Source of the DNA: Perna viridis
Lineage: Eukaryota
Direction of reading: 5' to 3'
NCBI GenBank assembly: GCA_037379345.1
Contig: CM074515.1
Location: 10,664,001-10,728,000 of the forward strand
Length of the DNA stretch: 64,000 bases
Below, piece by piece: positions 50,173-64,000 of this stretch. Within the stretch, counting starts at the first letter, position 1. Every line of letters begins with the position of its first letter. The notes beneath the pieces are model-generated. The model ran no database searches. It was not told the DNA's origin and saw only the letters and a program-made list of their open reading frames with translations. The position numbers and the translations under genes are program-made.

Positions 50173-53100
50173 CTTGTAAAAAAGTTGACCATTGATGCAA
50201 TGCTAGGTAGCTAGCCAGCAGGACTACAGAGGTTTTGTCTGGAAAAATCATCTTAATCTTGAAATATTAAAAAAAAATTATTATAGGAGTAATACTAACT
50301 TTGCAGCTTCTTCTACCCTACTCCTATTACATTTGATTATGGGAGAACATTTTCCACCTGTAAATTCATGGCTTGGTTAATTCTTATATCCATTCCAAGC
50401 AGCATCAATCAGTACTACATATTGGTGACATTATATCGTTAGTTGTACTTATGAGTTTATTATTTCAACTTAGAAGTGTTACACTGTGGAGTAGATACAA
50501 GTATTTTGTATAATAACTGGGTGTTAATCATTCACAAATACTTTGGCAACCAAGACCAACCTAACTTGCCAAGTACTCATTTTCTCTCACTTTGATCTTG
50601 TCATTCTTGTAGAACCAGAATTATTAACAAATGCATTAAGAGCTCACCAAGGGCACTGATTTTGTTAGAGGGCACCAGTGTCTCCTAGCAAGTGGTTGAT
50701 ATATGTAAAACTTTTATACCATTATATGAAGGTTTTGTTTCAAGAAATATGTTAAGTTTCATATGTTTTCAATACTTTTCTTACATTTCATACAGTTTTA
50801 TTGGCTCTGTTTAGAGGTTAAGTATTTTTTTCAAATACATATTTATTTATAGTTTGCTATGATTGGTTTTCTGGATAATTTGTTTTTGTTTCTGTCAGAT
50901 ATTTTAAGATTTAAGCCTTCATGCATACTTATTCAAATGATTGATGCTAGGAAGGAATTTAGAGGAATTTTTTTTTGTTTTTAAGGGGGATGATAAATAC
51001 TCTGATGATCTTAATCTTATTATGTAAATGTTCTGCCAGATTATATTAGAATGGAGTATTTTGGTATATTTTTTGGTTTATGTTCAGCATTCAGTAAATT
51101 CTTCAGAAAATTTCCTAGTAGTACTTTGCGCTAAGGACACATATTAGCTAATAGCCAATACTGTGTTCTAATCAACATCAATATAATCCTCTTCACTGGT
51201 TCTTGGAGAAAAAGTTACCAAGTTATGTCATAAAGATAGAAAACAATTCTTGTAGAAGACACTCTGTCTCAGGCCTTGTTTATACTATCATACCATTGTG
51301 TTAAGGAATGATATAATATACATATAAACCTAATTATAGTGTAAATACTGGACACTTGATAGGTCTCTCAGGAAATCATAGACAACGTCCATTTTCTTCT
51401 AGGAATTATCTTTGTCGACAGGATCAACATCCTGTTGATAGGGTAGTAGATTTATGTTTTCCGGCACTAATACCAAGAGAAGATAAAACGTCTTTTATGG
51501 TATTAAAGCTGAAGGAGACAGAAAATCTGACCAGAGTCTGATCATGGGTTTTATTTGTACTTACATGTTTGAAGAAACATTATAGTTTGGTTGAAAACTT
51601 GGATTGTAATTTTCCTTTTGTATAGTTTAAGCGGTAGAGTGGTCTTGTTCTTATGAACAAACATAAAAGTCAAAAAAAGGTGTGTGTTACTTTTTACTTT
51701 TATGTAACAAAAATTTAATCTTAATTTTCAAGAATACAGCATATTGTTTTCATTCCTTGAATTCTTTAATACTATTACACTGTTTTGTGGAATATTATTT
51801 TTTTTATCAAGGAGAAAGTCCATACAATAATGGTAACACCAAATTACTGAACAATAATCCAATCCATAATCAAATCTAGTCCAAAACAAATCAGGCAGAT
51901 ATTACTTCACCGGAGCAGCTGGTACCTCAATGAATGGTCCTGACATGTATTTCAAACAAAATGGTTAAATCTAGGTTTTACAGCACGTTAAACCTCCCTC
52001 TTCCATTGCGGTGTGAGTATACCAGTGATGATTAAATAGCATATCAATTTATTGCATCATAATCGGCAAATCCGGGATCACATCAGCACAAAAACAATTT
52101 ACAAAAAAAAAAAACAATCATTACTCACTATTTCAGAAGAAACTGAGTATTTTTCAACCAAAAACCAATATGTTGGTTATATTGTAAGTGAAAAAAAAAA
52201 AAGACAAAATGGTATGGACTGATACAAAAATCTTACTTTCTACAGTATATAGGAATTCCCTGTTACAGGGAGACTGGTTGTGTAGCATCCTCTACTTATC
52301 TAGAAACACGTGCCTGTCGTGTCACGGTGAGGAAATCAAATGTTGAAAGAACAAATTTCATTTCATGATCAAGATTGAAAAAAGCTGGTTTTTACTTTAC
52401 CAAAAATACACCTGATATGTAGAGTGCATAGAGGTCTTCTTACAGAAAGATTCTAGTTACATTTAAAGTCAACTGTTTTTTATGAAAGTTTATGCTTGAT
52501 GATATTAACTGATATATTGGTTTTAATTTTCTTCTACAATATTAGTTTTTTTTTGTTGTTTCTGTCTCTGTATGTACTTCATTGTGAAGTATAGAAAGGA
52601 CCCCCTGTATTGATAGATACTGATAATCAAGCTTATCAATATCTTATAATTAGAATTACATTGTGCTGACTTGTAACATCCCCCTCTTATACAAACAAAC
52701 ATACGGACCTCTATGATACATTATCTGCATGCTTTTCCTGTTTATTTCTCTCACTGATATCACATGATATCCATTTCTCTGTGTTTATATGTATATTTCT
52801 TTATGTGATATAACATCATTTAAATTCTCCATGTTTTTCTGTTTATTTGTCTGATTTTTATGAATCTTTGTAGTACTGGTGATCAGATGCTATAGGGTAA
52901 ACACAAGAATGAAACTGATATCTTTAGAATAATATCAGGAATTTTTTGATAATTAGATGCCTTTAACCTAAGGTGATTCCCAAAGTAGTGCTGTTTGTTT
53001 GGTATTTGATAACAGTTTTTTAGGATATCATTGGAATAAATTTTTATCATGATCTTGTTTTTAGTAAAGAAGTGTTAAATGTTTAGATTCACTGTCTGAA

Positions 53101-53908
53101 TTTTTTACTTCAGACAAAATTCTGAAATCTGATGAGATTAAAAGATAAATGAAGGATAAAAAACAGTTAAGCAAGCAAAACTTCAAGCTTGTTAAGTCTA
53201 CTTAAAACTGAGCCAAATTTTAGTATTAATACAAATATTGCATACTAAGATGAATCAAATAAGTATGTTGGAATGAAATTAGAAGATGGAAAATTTATAT
53301 GCATTAAAATAAAATTAGAAAAGAAAGAAATCATATGAAATAAAGGGAAAATTTCTTTTACAACTTTTGCAACTGATATTTTCCTAAATGTCCACAGGAA
53401 ATAACGAAAAAAATAACCACACAGTTCTGCTGGAGAAGCAGTTGATATAAACCATTCTATAAAACCAGGAAATTCTGCATCTATGAAATTCTGTGATGAA
53501 TGCAACTTTCCAGAAATATAAAGATAATTACCTAAGATATGGCAGTATATGTTGACATCTATTTTTAAGACAAAGGTTTGGGTTTATCAGATGGTAGTCT
53601 TTCTACAGTAAGGCCTATCAGACTCACCAATCTGTTAGCTAAAAACTGCTGATGATCAACATCCTAATCTCAAGTATTTCTCCATTGCTATGGCATTACA
53701 ACTAATTTCATGTTCAATAATTTATTTGATGCAATATCTATGTACTGCCAGGTCACAGACACTCTGACCTTTTGGTAGTTGCTGAAAAAAATAGAGTGTT
53801 ATTTATTGCCCCCTCATGCCATTGGTTTATATTGCCATTGAAAGATCATGGTCAATAAGGTCAACATTTTGAGCAGGTTGTTCTAAAGATTTATCCCATT
53901 TGACAAAA

Positions 53909-54212
53909 ATTATCCACAGGATAAATCTAGTACTATCCACACAAGTTATCCACTGGATAAATCTAGTGCTATCTATACAAGTTATCCACTGGATAAATTT
54001 AGTACTATCCACACAAGTTACCCACTGGATAAATCTAGTGCTATCCACACAAGTTACCCACTGGATATATCTAGTGCTATCCACACAAGTTATCCACTGG
54101 ACAAGTCTAGTGCTATCCACACAAGTTATCCACTGGATAAATCTAGTACTATCTATACAAGATTTTCCTGTGGATATGTCTAGTACTATCAATATGAGTT
54201 ATCCTGTGGATA
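53909..54212. repeat. 36-bp minisatellite, ~7 units plus diverged end units (GTTATCCACTGGATAAATCTAGTGCTATCCACACAA)
   Basis: 36-nt period giving a 12-aa repeated ORF on both strands. Each unit contains the inverted repeat TTATCCA-C-TGGATAA. Confidence 0.95.
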
Positions 54213-56080
54213 CAGTTTTGAACAAAGGAACCAAGATACAAAAATGTGGAGGATACAACACTTTACACTGTACTATTCCAGTTTTCAATAATTTGTCTGT
54301 GCTATATACATGTACTGTTGTTTTTGTTTCAATTTGGTTTAAACATGTTCTGTAAGCTATCTTAATTTTGTCTGTATTTGACTTGTTGGTTTCTTTTTTA
54401 TAAGGAATCCAGCATTTATCTTGAATATTGAGGCTCAAGTGTACATGAGTGTTTAAAGAAACTCCTGACTAAGTTGTTGGAATGGACATCTATTAAATTG
54501 ATTTTCAGTGTGTTATGATTTCCATTTTTCATGGATGTTTATAGCACTTAATCCTTGGTGTATCTGAATGATTTTTGCATTTGGCTTGTATTTATCAAGA
54601 TCTTTGATAATTTCTGAAATATATGAAGTCAAGGATGAGGGGAAAATCTAGATTTTTTTGTTCTGTTTCACCTACATAAATGGTTGTAACAATAAAGAAG
54701 TGAAACATTTGTCTTCCCTGTCTACTTCAGTTAGGTCTATTTCACTCTTGGTGGAAATGCTGTAAAATTCTATGAATATATAACACTTGACATATCTTTA
54801 CTTGGATGGGGAACTTTCATGTAGTTATGTGATAGGCAGTTCCTTTATTTTATGAGGAAAACATATTTGACAGTTCATGAATATCAATTTTATTTATGTG
54901 TGATTTTGGTAATTGAATTTTTAATCAGACTGACAATATTGTTTTGTATTTATAATAGGCCTCCTTTAATATATATCAAAGAAAAAAATCCCCCATCTAA
55001 CAAAGTATCTATTCTTTTGCAGATATAATTATTGTACTTTTTATGAAGTGTATTTTGCATCAGTGACCTACTTCTTCATTTGACTGTCTTAATCATGCTC
55101 CTTTGTTGCATCTGTTAAAAATCTGTTGTTAACTCAAGATGTTAAAAGTCTGTTGGTACACTCAATATATACATCTAATCCTCTTACAAAGTATTATTGC
55201 ATGTAAATTGTAATCATGGAGCAATCTTATGTGCATAAACCTGGTATATGATACAATAAATGCAGCTATTTGCAGATTAAGTGACAATATAAGAGTTTAA
55301 CCCTCCTGTCTGTGTGAAGATTGCTGTAATATAAGAATTAAAGTGGATTTATTAAAGTCTGGGCACATCTGGAAAGTGAAAGTAGAAAAAGACCAGTCAT
55401 ATCTTTTACTTCTGTTTTTAAGAGGGTATTCATTACACAAACTTCATAACTGGACCACCTAATGAGTTGAGTACAATATCACTTTAAGTTCTCTAAAAAG
55501 TGAAACATATTTCAATGAAACTTGATAAGGATGCTACCATACACTGATTGATAGGGTCATATTAGTTATAAAGATATCAGAATGGGATCTGTTTTAAAAT
55601 TGAGGAACCTGTACTGAATGTATAATGCCATGTTATGGATAACATTATGATAAAACTTTTAAGAAATTAATTTTCAAAGTTAAGATATCATCTCATTTCT
55701 GTTCAATCTCTAGTTCTTTTCAGTTAATGTTTCATTAAAGCTGTTGGCAATTTGGTTCATATAACCATGTGGATGTGTATTATATTATAATGATTTAGAA
55801 GAAAAAAGTTGCTTGTAGCAGTAAATTTTTGTTGTTGACAATTTGAAATGTTTTAAATAAATTAATCATTTTTTTGTACTAAATCTCCTGATTTTTTGTT
55901 ATAATTTTCTACATGTGTTCACATACAAATCTTGCATTAAACCAGGTTTCTTGTCTTTTTTTGTCTATTGTTGTTTCATGAGATGTATTCATTTTATGTG
56001 ATTTTCAAATAAAATATCATATCATTTATAAAATAAAATGTCTATCTGTTATCCTTCTACAGCTCACAAAGATTGGCTTT

Positions 56081-56421
56081 GTATAGCTTGGTCACTGTCT
56101 TATTAATCTGCATAGCCTTGCACTATCTTAGCAACCTGCATAGTCTGGTCACTGTCTTAGCAACCTGTATAGCCTGGGAACTGTCTTAGCAACCTGCATA
56201 TCCTGGTCACTGACTTAGCAACTTGCATAGACTGGTCACTGTCTTAGCAATCTGCATATCCTGGTCACTGTCTTAGCAATCTGCATATCCTGGTCACTGT
56301 CTTAGCAACCAGTATAGCCCGGGAACTGTCTTAGCAACCTATTTAGCCTGGTTACTGTCTTAGCCATCAGTGTAGCCTGGTCATTGTCTTAGCCACATGT
56401 AATGCCTGGCCACTGTCTTAG
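56081..56421. repeat. 29-bp minisatellite, ~12 copies (GCATAGCCTGGTCACTGTCTTAGCAACCT)
   Basis: ACTGTCTTAG at 56151, 56180 and onward. Confidence 0.95.
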
Positions 56422-59400
56422 AAAACGATACAATTGAATGTAGTCCTGAATGAGACACTTTTTTTTGTTTATAATAAAAACTGTTAAGATGGATAGGTGA
56501 TTTTGATATTTATATATCAAGTTCAATATCCAAATAAAAAAGAGGAATGTTGCAGGGTCAGAGAAAATTCTGAATACTTGTTTAAATGATATTGGTAACT
56601 TTTATGCCACTAGGTTATTAACTTTTTAGCTTTATTAGCTTTTTTGCTACATATGTAGCATTAGAAGAAAGAGATGCCCATAGGTCAAGGAACTTTGACA
56701 ACCAGTTGATGGACTGATATTTTTAAAGCTGATGTAACACAGATCTATTGAGGATAGTTATATATATCCTGTTTTCTAACCTTACAAGTACTTTATTTAT
56801 TACTTATGATTTGGAACAAAAAAATTGACTTTGCATGTAAATACTTCTTAATGCTCATGTTTAATGATAAGAAATAGCCTAGAATGTACTGAGTTATCTT
56901 ATTGTTCACCATAAAAATAATTGGACTCAGAATCTGCCACAAAAAAAAGGGCTGTTTAGAAGCAATTGTTAATGTTTCCGTGTTGAATGTGAGGCCACAA
57001 GGTTAACAGGTAATAGAATTCCATATACAAAATGGGAAGTTACTCAAGCCTATGATACAATAACCATGTAATGATGCTTGCAACATTTTGATACCGTGAT
57101 CAATTATTGGTACCGTTATGTTGTTACGATGGTGTTACTTGGACTGTAAAGTTTGATCGTTTATCGAGTTATCCCAAACATTGTTATTGTTAAGGCTAAT
57201 GATAGTGACTATGTAATTCACTTATTACAGCAAGCTGAACATGACTATAACTGAATACCAATGATGTAAACAATTCCCATCAAAGATCTGTTGCTGATTT
57301 TTTCACTGTTTGATGCTAACTTCATTTGTGACTGTTCAAGCAAGACAAAAGCATACCAGTACATGCAAAGAGGTGATTTGGGATTTTTTCATTTTTGTTT
57401 TTTATTGTATTGTTGGTCATTATGCATTCAATAGGTGCAGAAAAACATGTGCAAAAATTCACAAGGTGTAGCATTTAAGCAGTGGCAAATAGTGTTTTTG
57501 AGTATCTTTTTTGACTATTTTCCAATTACTTGGCAAAAACTAACAACAAAATAAAACTGTTAAGCTCTTGTGAAGATCTCTTTACAGCCAAGCAGTAGGA
57601 ATAAATACACATGTTGTATGTTACATATTAAGCAAACAAGCTTAGTGCAAGTTTATTAATGCTTTATAGTAGACAATTTTTATGACAGTGGTTACTGATT
57701 TGGGCCTCTAAAATGTTTTTTTAGGGGAAAGCTTCATTTTGGAATCTAGTGAATCTCATGGTATGTTAGGAACCTTGACACATGCTTGACATAGTCAAAG
57801 ACCTCATGAATATCCTACCAATTGTTTTTTGTATCTTATGGTCCCTATGCAGGTTGGTTACATATATGGTTTTGTAGGTGGGCCATTTCTCACTTACCAG
57901 TGACAAGTATCAATCTATAACATTTTGTAACTCAACAATTTTAATTATAAGAAATATTACACCTTACCAAATGCAATCAATCTTTTAAGTACTGAGTATT
58001 TAAAAATTGTGAATTTCACATTTAGAAAGGGCACATAACTCTTGATGATTTAGATAATCTGGCACTGACAGGGTGGCATCTATTAAGGGAACCAGTTTAA
58101 TGAGAATTCAAAGTGATTCTGACATATTACATTTGTTATAATGTAACCATTTAACCAAGGTGTCAGAAATCAGAATTTTTCTCTGTTTACTTTCCTTCTT
58201 CATTCAGCTGTTTGCATTTTTCTGACTTGATTGCAATATATTTGTTTTTTGATAAATAACCAATTAAAATCCTATTAATCTTAGCTAAGAAAGTGTAAGT
58301 ATTAGATCAGTTTGAGAAATATAAGCTTTTGACACATTTTTGGTTTCTGAGGAAAGTGATCTACTTCGGTAATTTGTTCTTAGAAATTTGAATAGTTCTT
58401 TTTACAAATGATAGAAATCAGCTTGTCAGACAAGACACTAGGTGTGCTGTTTATATTCTTACAAAATGTTAATTAGCACTTTTTCAAATTGTTCTATGGC
58501 CATGTTGGCTACATCTGGTACTAAACCTTTCAGAAATGATTCATTTGAAGCTGAAATTTACTTTTGATTAGTGTAATGAGCTCTCAGTATCTTAATTGAG
58601 TGAACCTCCTCCCTTTCTCAGTCTCAGACCACTTGATAAGTTTGGGTAATTTTTTTTTTGTCAAAGAGCCATATTGAAACAACACAAGCAAAAATTTTTG
58701 TCAGGGTAAAAAGTTAATATTCTACTAAATACTCAAATTAAAGAAAACATGGTTAGTGGTAACCCTTATATAATTGGTATGAAGAATGTAACTGTAAAAA
58801 AAGAAAAGACACAGCTAATTGAAATGAAAAAAAAAGCAATCAAAAGTCTGTTTAAACCCAGCTGTTGTATTTTAGGGTAAAAGTACATACTTCACCTTGC
58901 CTTTTGTCTGTACTGAACGCTTGGGTTGAAAGATATAAATATGTATACCTACCCTATGGTCAAACACTTAATCATGTCTGCATACTTTGTCATTTCATCT
59001 TACTAATTTGGTTTTTGCTTTTCTAATTAATACAACAATAATAAGGTGTTAGAGACCTCCCACATTTTGAAACAAAAGAGCTGTGTTTATGATTGTTTCT
59101 CAGATAAAGAAGTCATTAAACAATTTTCATTTTCTGTCAGGTAAATGTAAACAGAAGGTGAGAGAAATAGGGGTGTCATGGATCAATTTATACTTAAATT
59201 AGTAAAGAGATAAAGTCATGATAACTACATGTACTTGCATAAAGTGTTATTGGCAGGTGATGTATACTGGCTTCCTTTCTGTGATGTGTATTACCCATAG
59301 AGATGAGTTTTAACTACTGGAACTTTATCTAGATAATCTGATGGTAAACCAGTCTGAAGGCTTGTCTGGTTTTGTGGTTACATGTTATAGAGTACCAGTA

Positions 59401-59801
59401 AACTCTGACAAGGAGGATACATTCTCATTCTGTGGTTGTTGTTTGGTAATAGTTTAATGTGACACTTACATTCCCTTTGTGCTCTGTAAGTTTAGTATGG
59501 AATTCTGCTGATGGTGTATATTTCTCAGCAAATGTCTAGGAATTTGGTATGTGATACCCAAGCTTTGTCACATGCTGTGTTTTATTTTCTGAAAAAAAAG
59601 AAGTTTAACATAGGGCAAGTTGTGCTAAGACATTTTTTCTCATTTTTACTTTGACCAACTTGAAACAACTGAATAATTTACATTATTTAAGTTAGAGCCT
59701 GCAAAAAAATGTACAATGTTCTGCTGCATTTAGCTAAGTTTTTTTCAGCAAATAGTTTGGTATTAAAAACTACATCTTAGTGATTTGATCATTACTTTAC
59801 A

Positions 59802-59972
59802 TACAGTCTTAACCAAACCCTGAATAATTGCAACACCTGTCTAAACTGGGCACTTAATAAAATCCCTTTATATCAACTTAAATGTATTTTAAACCTGAAT
59901 AAGCCAAACACCTGCCTAAACCAAACAAACTTAACAGACCAAAAGGGGTTTGGTTTGGCATTTTACAATGTA
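59802..59972. mobile_element. Degenerate TA-flanked MITE
   Basis: TACAGT... start, internal repeats CCTGAATAA / AACACCTG.CTAAAC, end TTTTACAATGTA. Confidence 0.45.
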
Positions 59973-60176
59973 CTGTATAGAGGATAATTTTTGTGAGGTG
60001 CTGATTTTGTTAAAATTTTGTATTCTGTCTAAAAACATTTGACTAAATTCAATTAAATATTAACTCTGGGCATATGTACTTTGTGCACCATTAAGTATGT
60101 GCCAAAATAAGAAATGCAAAATTTATTTTGTTTAATGTTTTGTCCAAAAATTTTCACCAGCCAAAGTAACACAGTA
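59971..60176. mobile_element. Degenerate TA-flanked MITE (TACTGT...ACAGTA) abutting the previous one
   Basis: TACTGTA start and ACACAGTA end, with weak subterminal inverted similarity. Confidence 0.4.
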
Positions 60177-61653
60177 TTTCCATTCTAATGCCTTGGTTTT
60201 CTCTTTTGAAGGTTTTAAAGTGGCCTGATGTCTTTTTAGTGACCTTTTAAGTACATATATTTGATTGATTTGTTGCCTTTAAAATGATTTATAGCTGTTG
60301 CTTTCTTTCTGAATTACAAGGGAGTTAACTCCGTGCAAATGAAACAGCTTTGATATTCATGGTATCTTTCATGTGTTTTTATGGCTGCATGTGATCTGAT
60401 TCCCTATAAACAGTGAGATTGATAGACCAACTTCTTTGGTTTCTAAACCTCTTGATTATTTATCAGGTTTAAGGTAGTAACCTAATAATCAGTAGGCTTA
60501 GAAAACCCTACAGAGAAAACTCTATGGTCGAAAATTTGTTGGCAAACTGATAGTTCTGTGGCCTGTCAAATAAATCAGGCTAAAAGTTAGAAGTAGGATT
60601 AGAGACATTTGTTCACCAGATGTAAGACTTTAGAGACTTATATTATAATTAGTTTTAAAGGTGACATGTCGCTTGTTTACTCCTAATTCATTCTACTTAG
60701 ATGACAGATGGAAAGCATAGTGTAAAGAGAGATGTTGAAGGAATTCTGTCAAATTTCATAAGGAGCATATTTTTATTATTTTGTATTTTTTTTTAATTAT
60801 TTCCTTGTTTTAAGTCCATCTTTTTACAATGATTCTGTCTATAGCAGTACAAATCAAGTAAGAGGATAGTTCTAGAGGTCATAGTGAAGACTACTTGTAT
60901 CCAGTACACATTGATCAAGATAATTATATGTACAAGTTCATAAGCCTATGACTGTAGAGTTTAATGCCAATTGTTATATATTATTTTGATTGTTATTGTA
61001 TTTTCAGCTGGATTCATATTTTGCCTTTATTTCATTTGGAGAGCAATTTAGTAGATTTTCTGAAGGAGGGTAGAATACTTACATAACAGATACTCACTAA
61101 GTTGAGTAATGTTTTGAAAAACATATAAAATAAACTTTATAAAGTTCTTATCCACAAAAATGTCCATCTACACAGAGTTTTATAGTACCTAGTGTAATAA
61201 GGTGTGTAAGTTTATCTTGATGTAGTAGATATGGTATGAGTTATTGGGTTGGTTGTATATAGAGCTGTCCTAAGGAAGTCTGTAATTATTGTAATTATGA
61301 TTACACTTAAAAGACCATTTTACTGTTGAATTAAGTATTGTCAGGACTAACCTCAAGTTGTTACAAGGCAATAAAATGTCATTTATGTAGATTATAAGAT
61401 GAAATGTGACACCAGTTCATGGGTATTTAGAATTACCATAGCTGACATTTTTCTTGGTAGCCTAGCTGATGGTAGGATGTTCAAATACATTTCTGAAATA
61501 AAGATCCACTGAAACAATAGGATGGAGAGATATTGTTAGGAATCAAGTGGATAAAAATTTCCAATGAACATGAAATATCAACAAGAAACTCCACCCAAGT
61601 CCAATCTTTAACATGAACAACACCCTAATCTGACCATTAAAATAAAAGTTCTT

Positions 61654-61838
61654 TACTGGGGTACCAGTTTTCATTGTTTTCATCCACAGGTTTAACCATA
61701 AAAATTAAATAACAAATGAAATGTCACATTTACATAGAAAATAAAGAGGCTGTGCATAAATTGACAAATTGAAAACTCCACTAACTAAAGACATATCACA
61801 AAAATTGATACCCAAAAAAATATTAGTAACTCACAGTA
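61654..61838. mobile_element. Partial copy related to the 3863-4072 MITE
   Basis: GGGGTACCAGTTTTCA near the left end; AAAATTGATACCC...CACAGTA right end as in 4036-4072. Confidence 0.5.
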
Positions 61839-62171
61839 AGTCAACTGACCAGATATTACTTTCATGGTTGTATTTTTGTTTTCCTTGATAAAATGCTGCC
61901 TTTTGATGGGTTTGGCTCTCACTGGACATCATCATCATGCAATTTTCAGCCATAGTCATAGTCAACTGAAGTCAACCTTAATCACATAGTCCAAAAATCT
62001 ATGGGGGCCATGTTTGAACATGGAGCAACACATAGCTAACCATGGTTTTGCTGTGGTCATCAGGGGTCAGTTATTTAGTTAGAAATCAAATGGATACATG
62101 AAGTTCTGGAGTCCAGTCTTTAACATCAGCGACCCCTGATCTATTGAAATAATAACCTTGTCAGCACAGGT

Positions 62172-62495
62172 TTCTGTGGAGGTAACCATGGTCAGCTCAG
62201 GGGTCAGTGCAGGTAGCTATGGTCAGCTCAGGTTGTCAGTGGAGGTAGCTATGGTCGGCTCAGGGGTCAGTGCAGGTAGCCATGGTCAGCTCAGGTGTCA
62301 GTGGAAGTAACCGTGGTCATCTCAGCAGTCTGTGGAGGTAGTCATGGTCAGCTCAGGGGTCTGTGGAGGTAGTCATGGTCAGCTCAGGGGTCAGTGGAGG
62401 TAACCATAGTCAGCTCAGGGCATAATGGAGGTAGCCGTGGTCAGCTCAGGGGTCAGTGGAGGTAACCATAGTCAACTCAGAGGTCAGCTGTGAGG
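62172..62495. repeat. 31-bp GC-rich minisatellite, ~10 copies (TGGAGGTAACCATGGTCAGCTCAGGGGTCAG)
   Basis: GTCAGCTCAG at 62191, 62222 and onward. Confidence 0.95.
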
Positions 62496-64000
62496 TCGTG
62501 TATTGAAGATTACTGGTAGTAATAAATCCTCATGGATTTTAGCACTTCATTCTTTTGTGAGGAACAAGATTTAGGAATGCTTAGTACTGGTATATTGCAA
62601 TCAGAGATGTTTATATGGATGTTCTGAACTGGTTGGTTGCATGCAATGTTTCTAAACTGGTTGTGGGCGAGCTGAGGTGGGTTTAAGTATCGAGTTTCTA
62701 CTGACTTAATTGATCTAACCCCCCTGGTGTTAGTTATTGTTTTGACTGAACTAGCCCTACACAAAGCCTTTGTCCATTCCTGTCAATACACAGACCACCT
62801 CAATACACCAACAATCACCTGTTAATACCTGTTTGATTACCTGTAATTAATGCCAACAATAGAATTCTATTTCAGTACTGAAATTCTATACCTTTTGTGG
62901 TCAAAGTGGAAATAGACCAATTACTTAACAGTTTAATGGAATATAATAGTCCATCATTAATTAATTATTTACAGAAACTTTACGTAGGTCAAACATAGTC
63001 AAAATTATGTCATTTTCTGATTGGAATATAAACAAGATAGCCTTATAAATAGTTAAATTATCTTTTCAGGTGTGGAAAGTGGTTTAGTACTTACATGACA
63101 ATTGTTATTTTATTTCCAGATTCATGGTCATTAATAGTATTGTTATAGTATAGATTTATCTATCTAATTTACTGGAAGGGATTTTGATTGTGAAAAAAGA
63201 AAAGGTATGAAAATTTGAATTGTACTTTTATTACAATGGAAAATTTTATATTTCAAGTTAAATGAAATGATGGTCAATGTATTGAAGTGGACAGATTTTC
63301 ACTTTTTAAAGATTAGATTTCAGAGTTATGTCCCTTAATCGTTTTCCCATCATTTATAGGTGGTCTGAAATTATATTTTATTTTGATTTTAGGCATGGAA
63401 TTTTTTTTATAAGAGTATGAATTTAAAAGATGCAAATGAAGAAACAGCTGTTAAGATTCTCACTTTTCTTTTAATTCTATGGTGACCTTTCCTCAGAGTG
63501 CAGGTATACCTAAAAAACAAAGTTACTATTTATCAGAAGATGGAGATTAGACTTTCGACCAAGTAGGTCTAATCCCTTCCCCCGGGTTGTTGTTGTTTTG
63601 ATTTCTGTCAGACAAGACTATCACTCAGACTTCAGATTTATACATGCTTACTTAGGCATTGACTATACATGGCTGAATACTTTGTATATCTACAGACACA
63701 CCAGAGTATGAATAGTGGAAAGAATATTCTCAATGTTATTCTTGTCTTATCTTTGTGAAATCTTCTTTAAGGGCTGAAATTTTAAATTTATTGAATGAAA
63801 CAGATTACATTGATACAGGAGTTTATAGGTGACCCAGAATTTATAGTTGGCTCAACCTTATTAACAACATATGGGAGAGATTTGCCTTATTTTCTGTTTT
63901 CCATTCAGTTGTATTATTCAACTGGAATGAACCTTTTGCTGCTGATAAAATAGTTGCCTGGAGTAGATTAGCTATAACAAGTTTTTACACAACTGGTGAA

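Noticed and set aside
53910-53918. DnaA box TTATCCACA and similar repeats (oriC-like)
   Set aside because: Part of a minisatellite in animal DNA; no bacterial genes nearby.
53827-54355. 151-aa and 121-aa repetitive ORFs
   Set aside because: By-products of the 36-bp tandem repeat; no splice or homology support.

Overview
AT-rich, CpG-poor animal genomic DNA with no recognisable intact protein-coding gene, rRNA, tRNA or CRISPR array. Almost all ORFs in the track are chance ORFs or are produced by tandem repeats. The repeat repertoire suggests a mollusc, probably a bivalve (inference): Helentron-type non-autonomous elements with ~160-bp internal repeats, TA- and TTAA-flanked MITEs, a decayed Penelope-like reverse-transcriptase element, an RTE LINE 3' end and a SINE-like element with a (CAAT)n tail. 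The window looks like part of a very large intron or an intergenic region, with one good candidate + strand exon (15231-15364). About ten unrelated 21-47 bp minisatellites are present, including a two-module array at 13756-14933. The two most interesting signals are structured-RNA candidates carried by retroelements. (1) A multi-branched fold lies just 3' of the Penelope-like RT stop codon; its stems and an internal palindrome persist in divergent copies in this window. (2) A compact three-stem fold forms the head of a young SINE-like element that lacks a tRNA head. Either could be an uncharacterised ribozyme or RT-recognition element; neither could be tested here.
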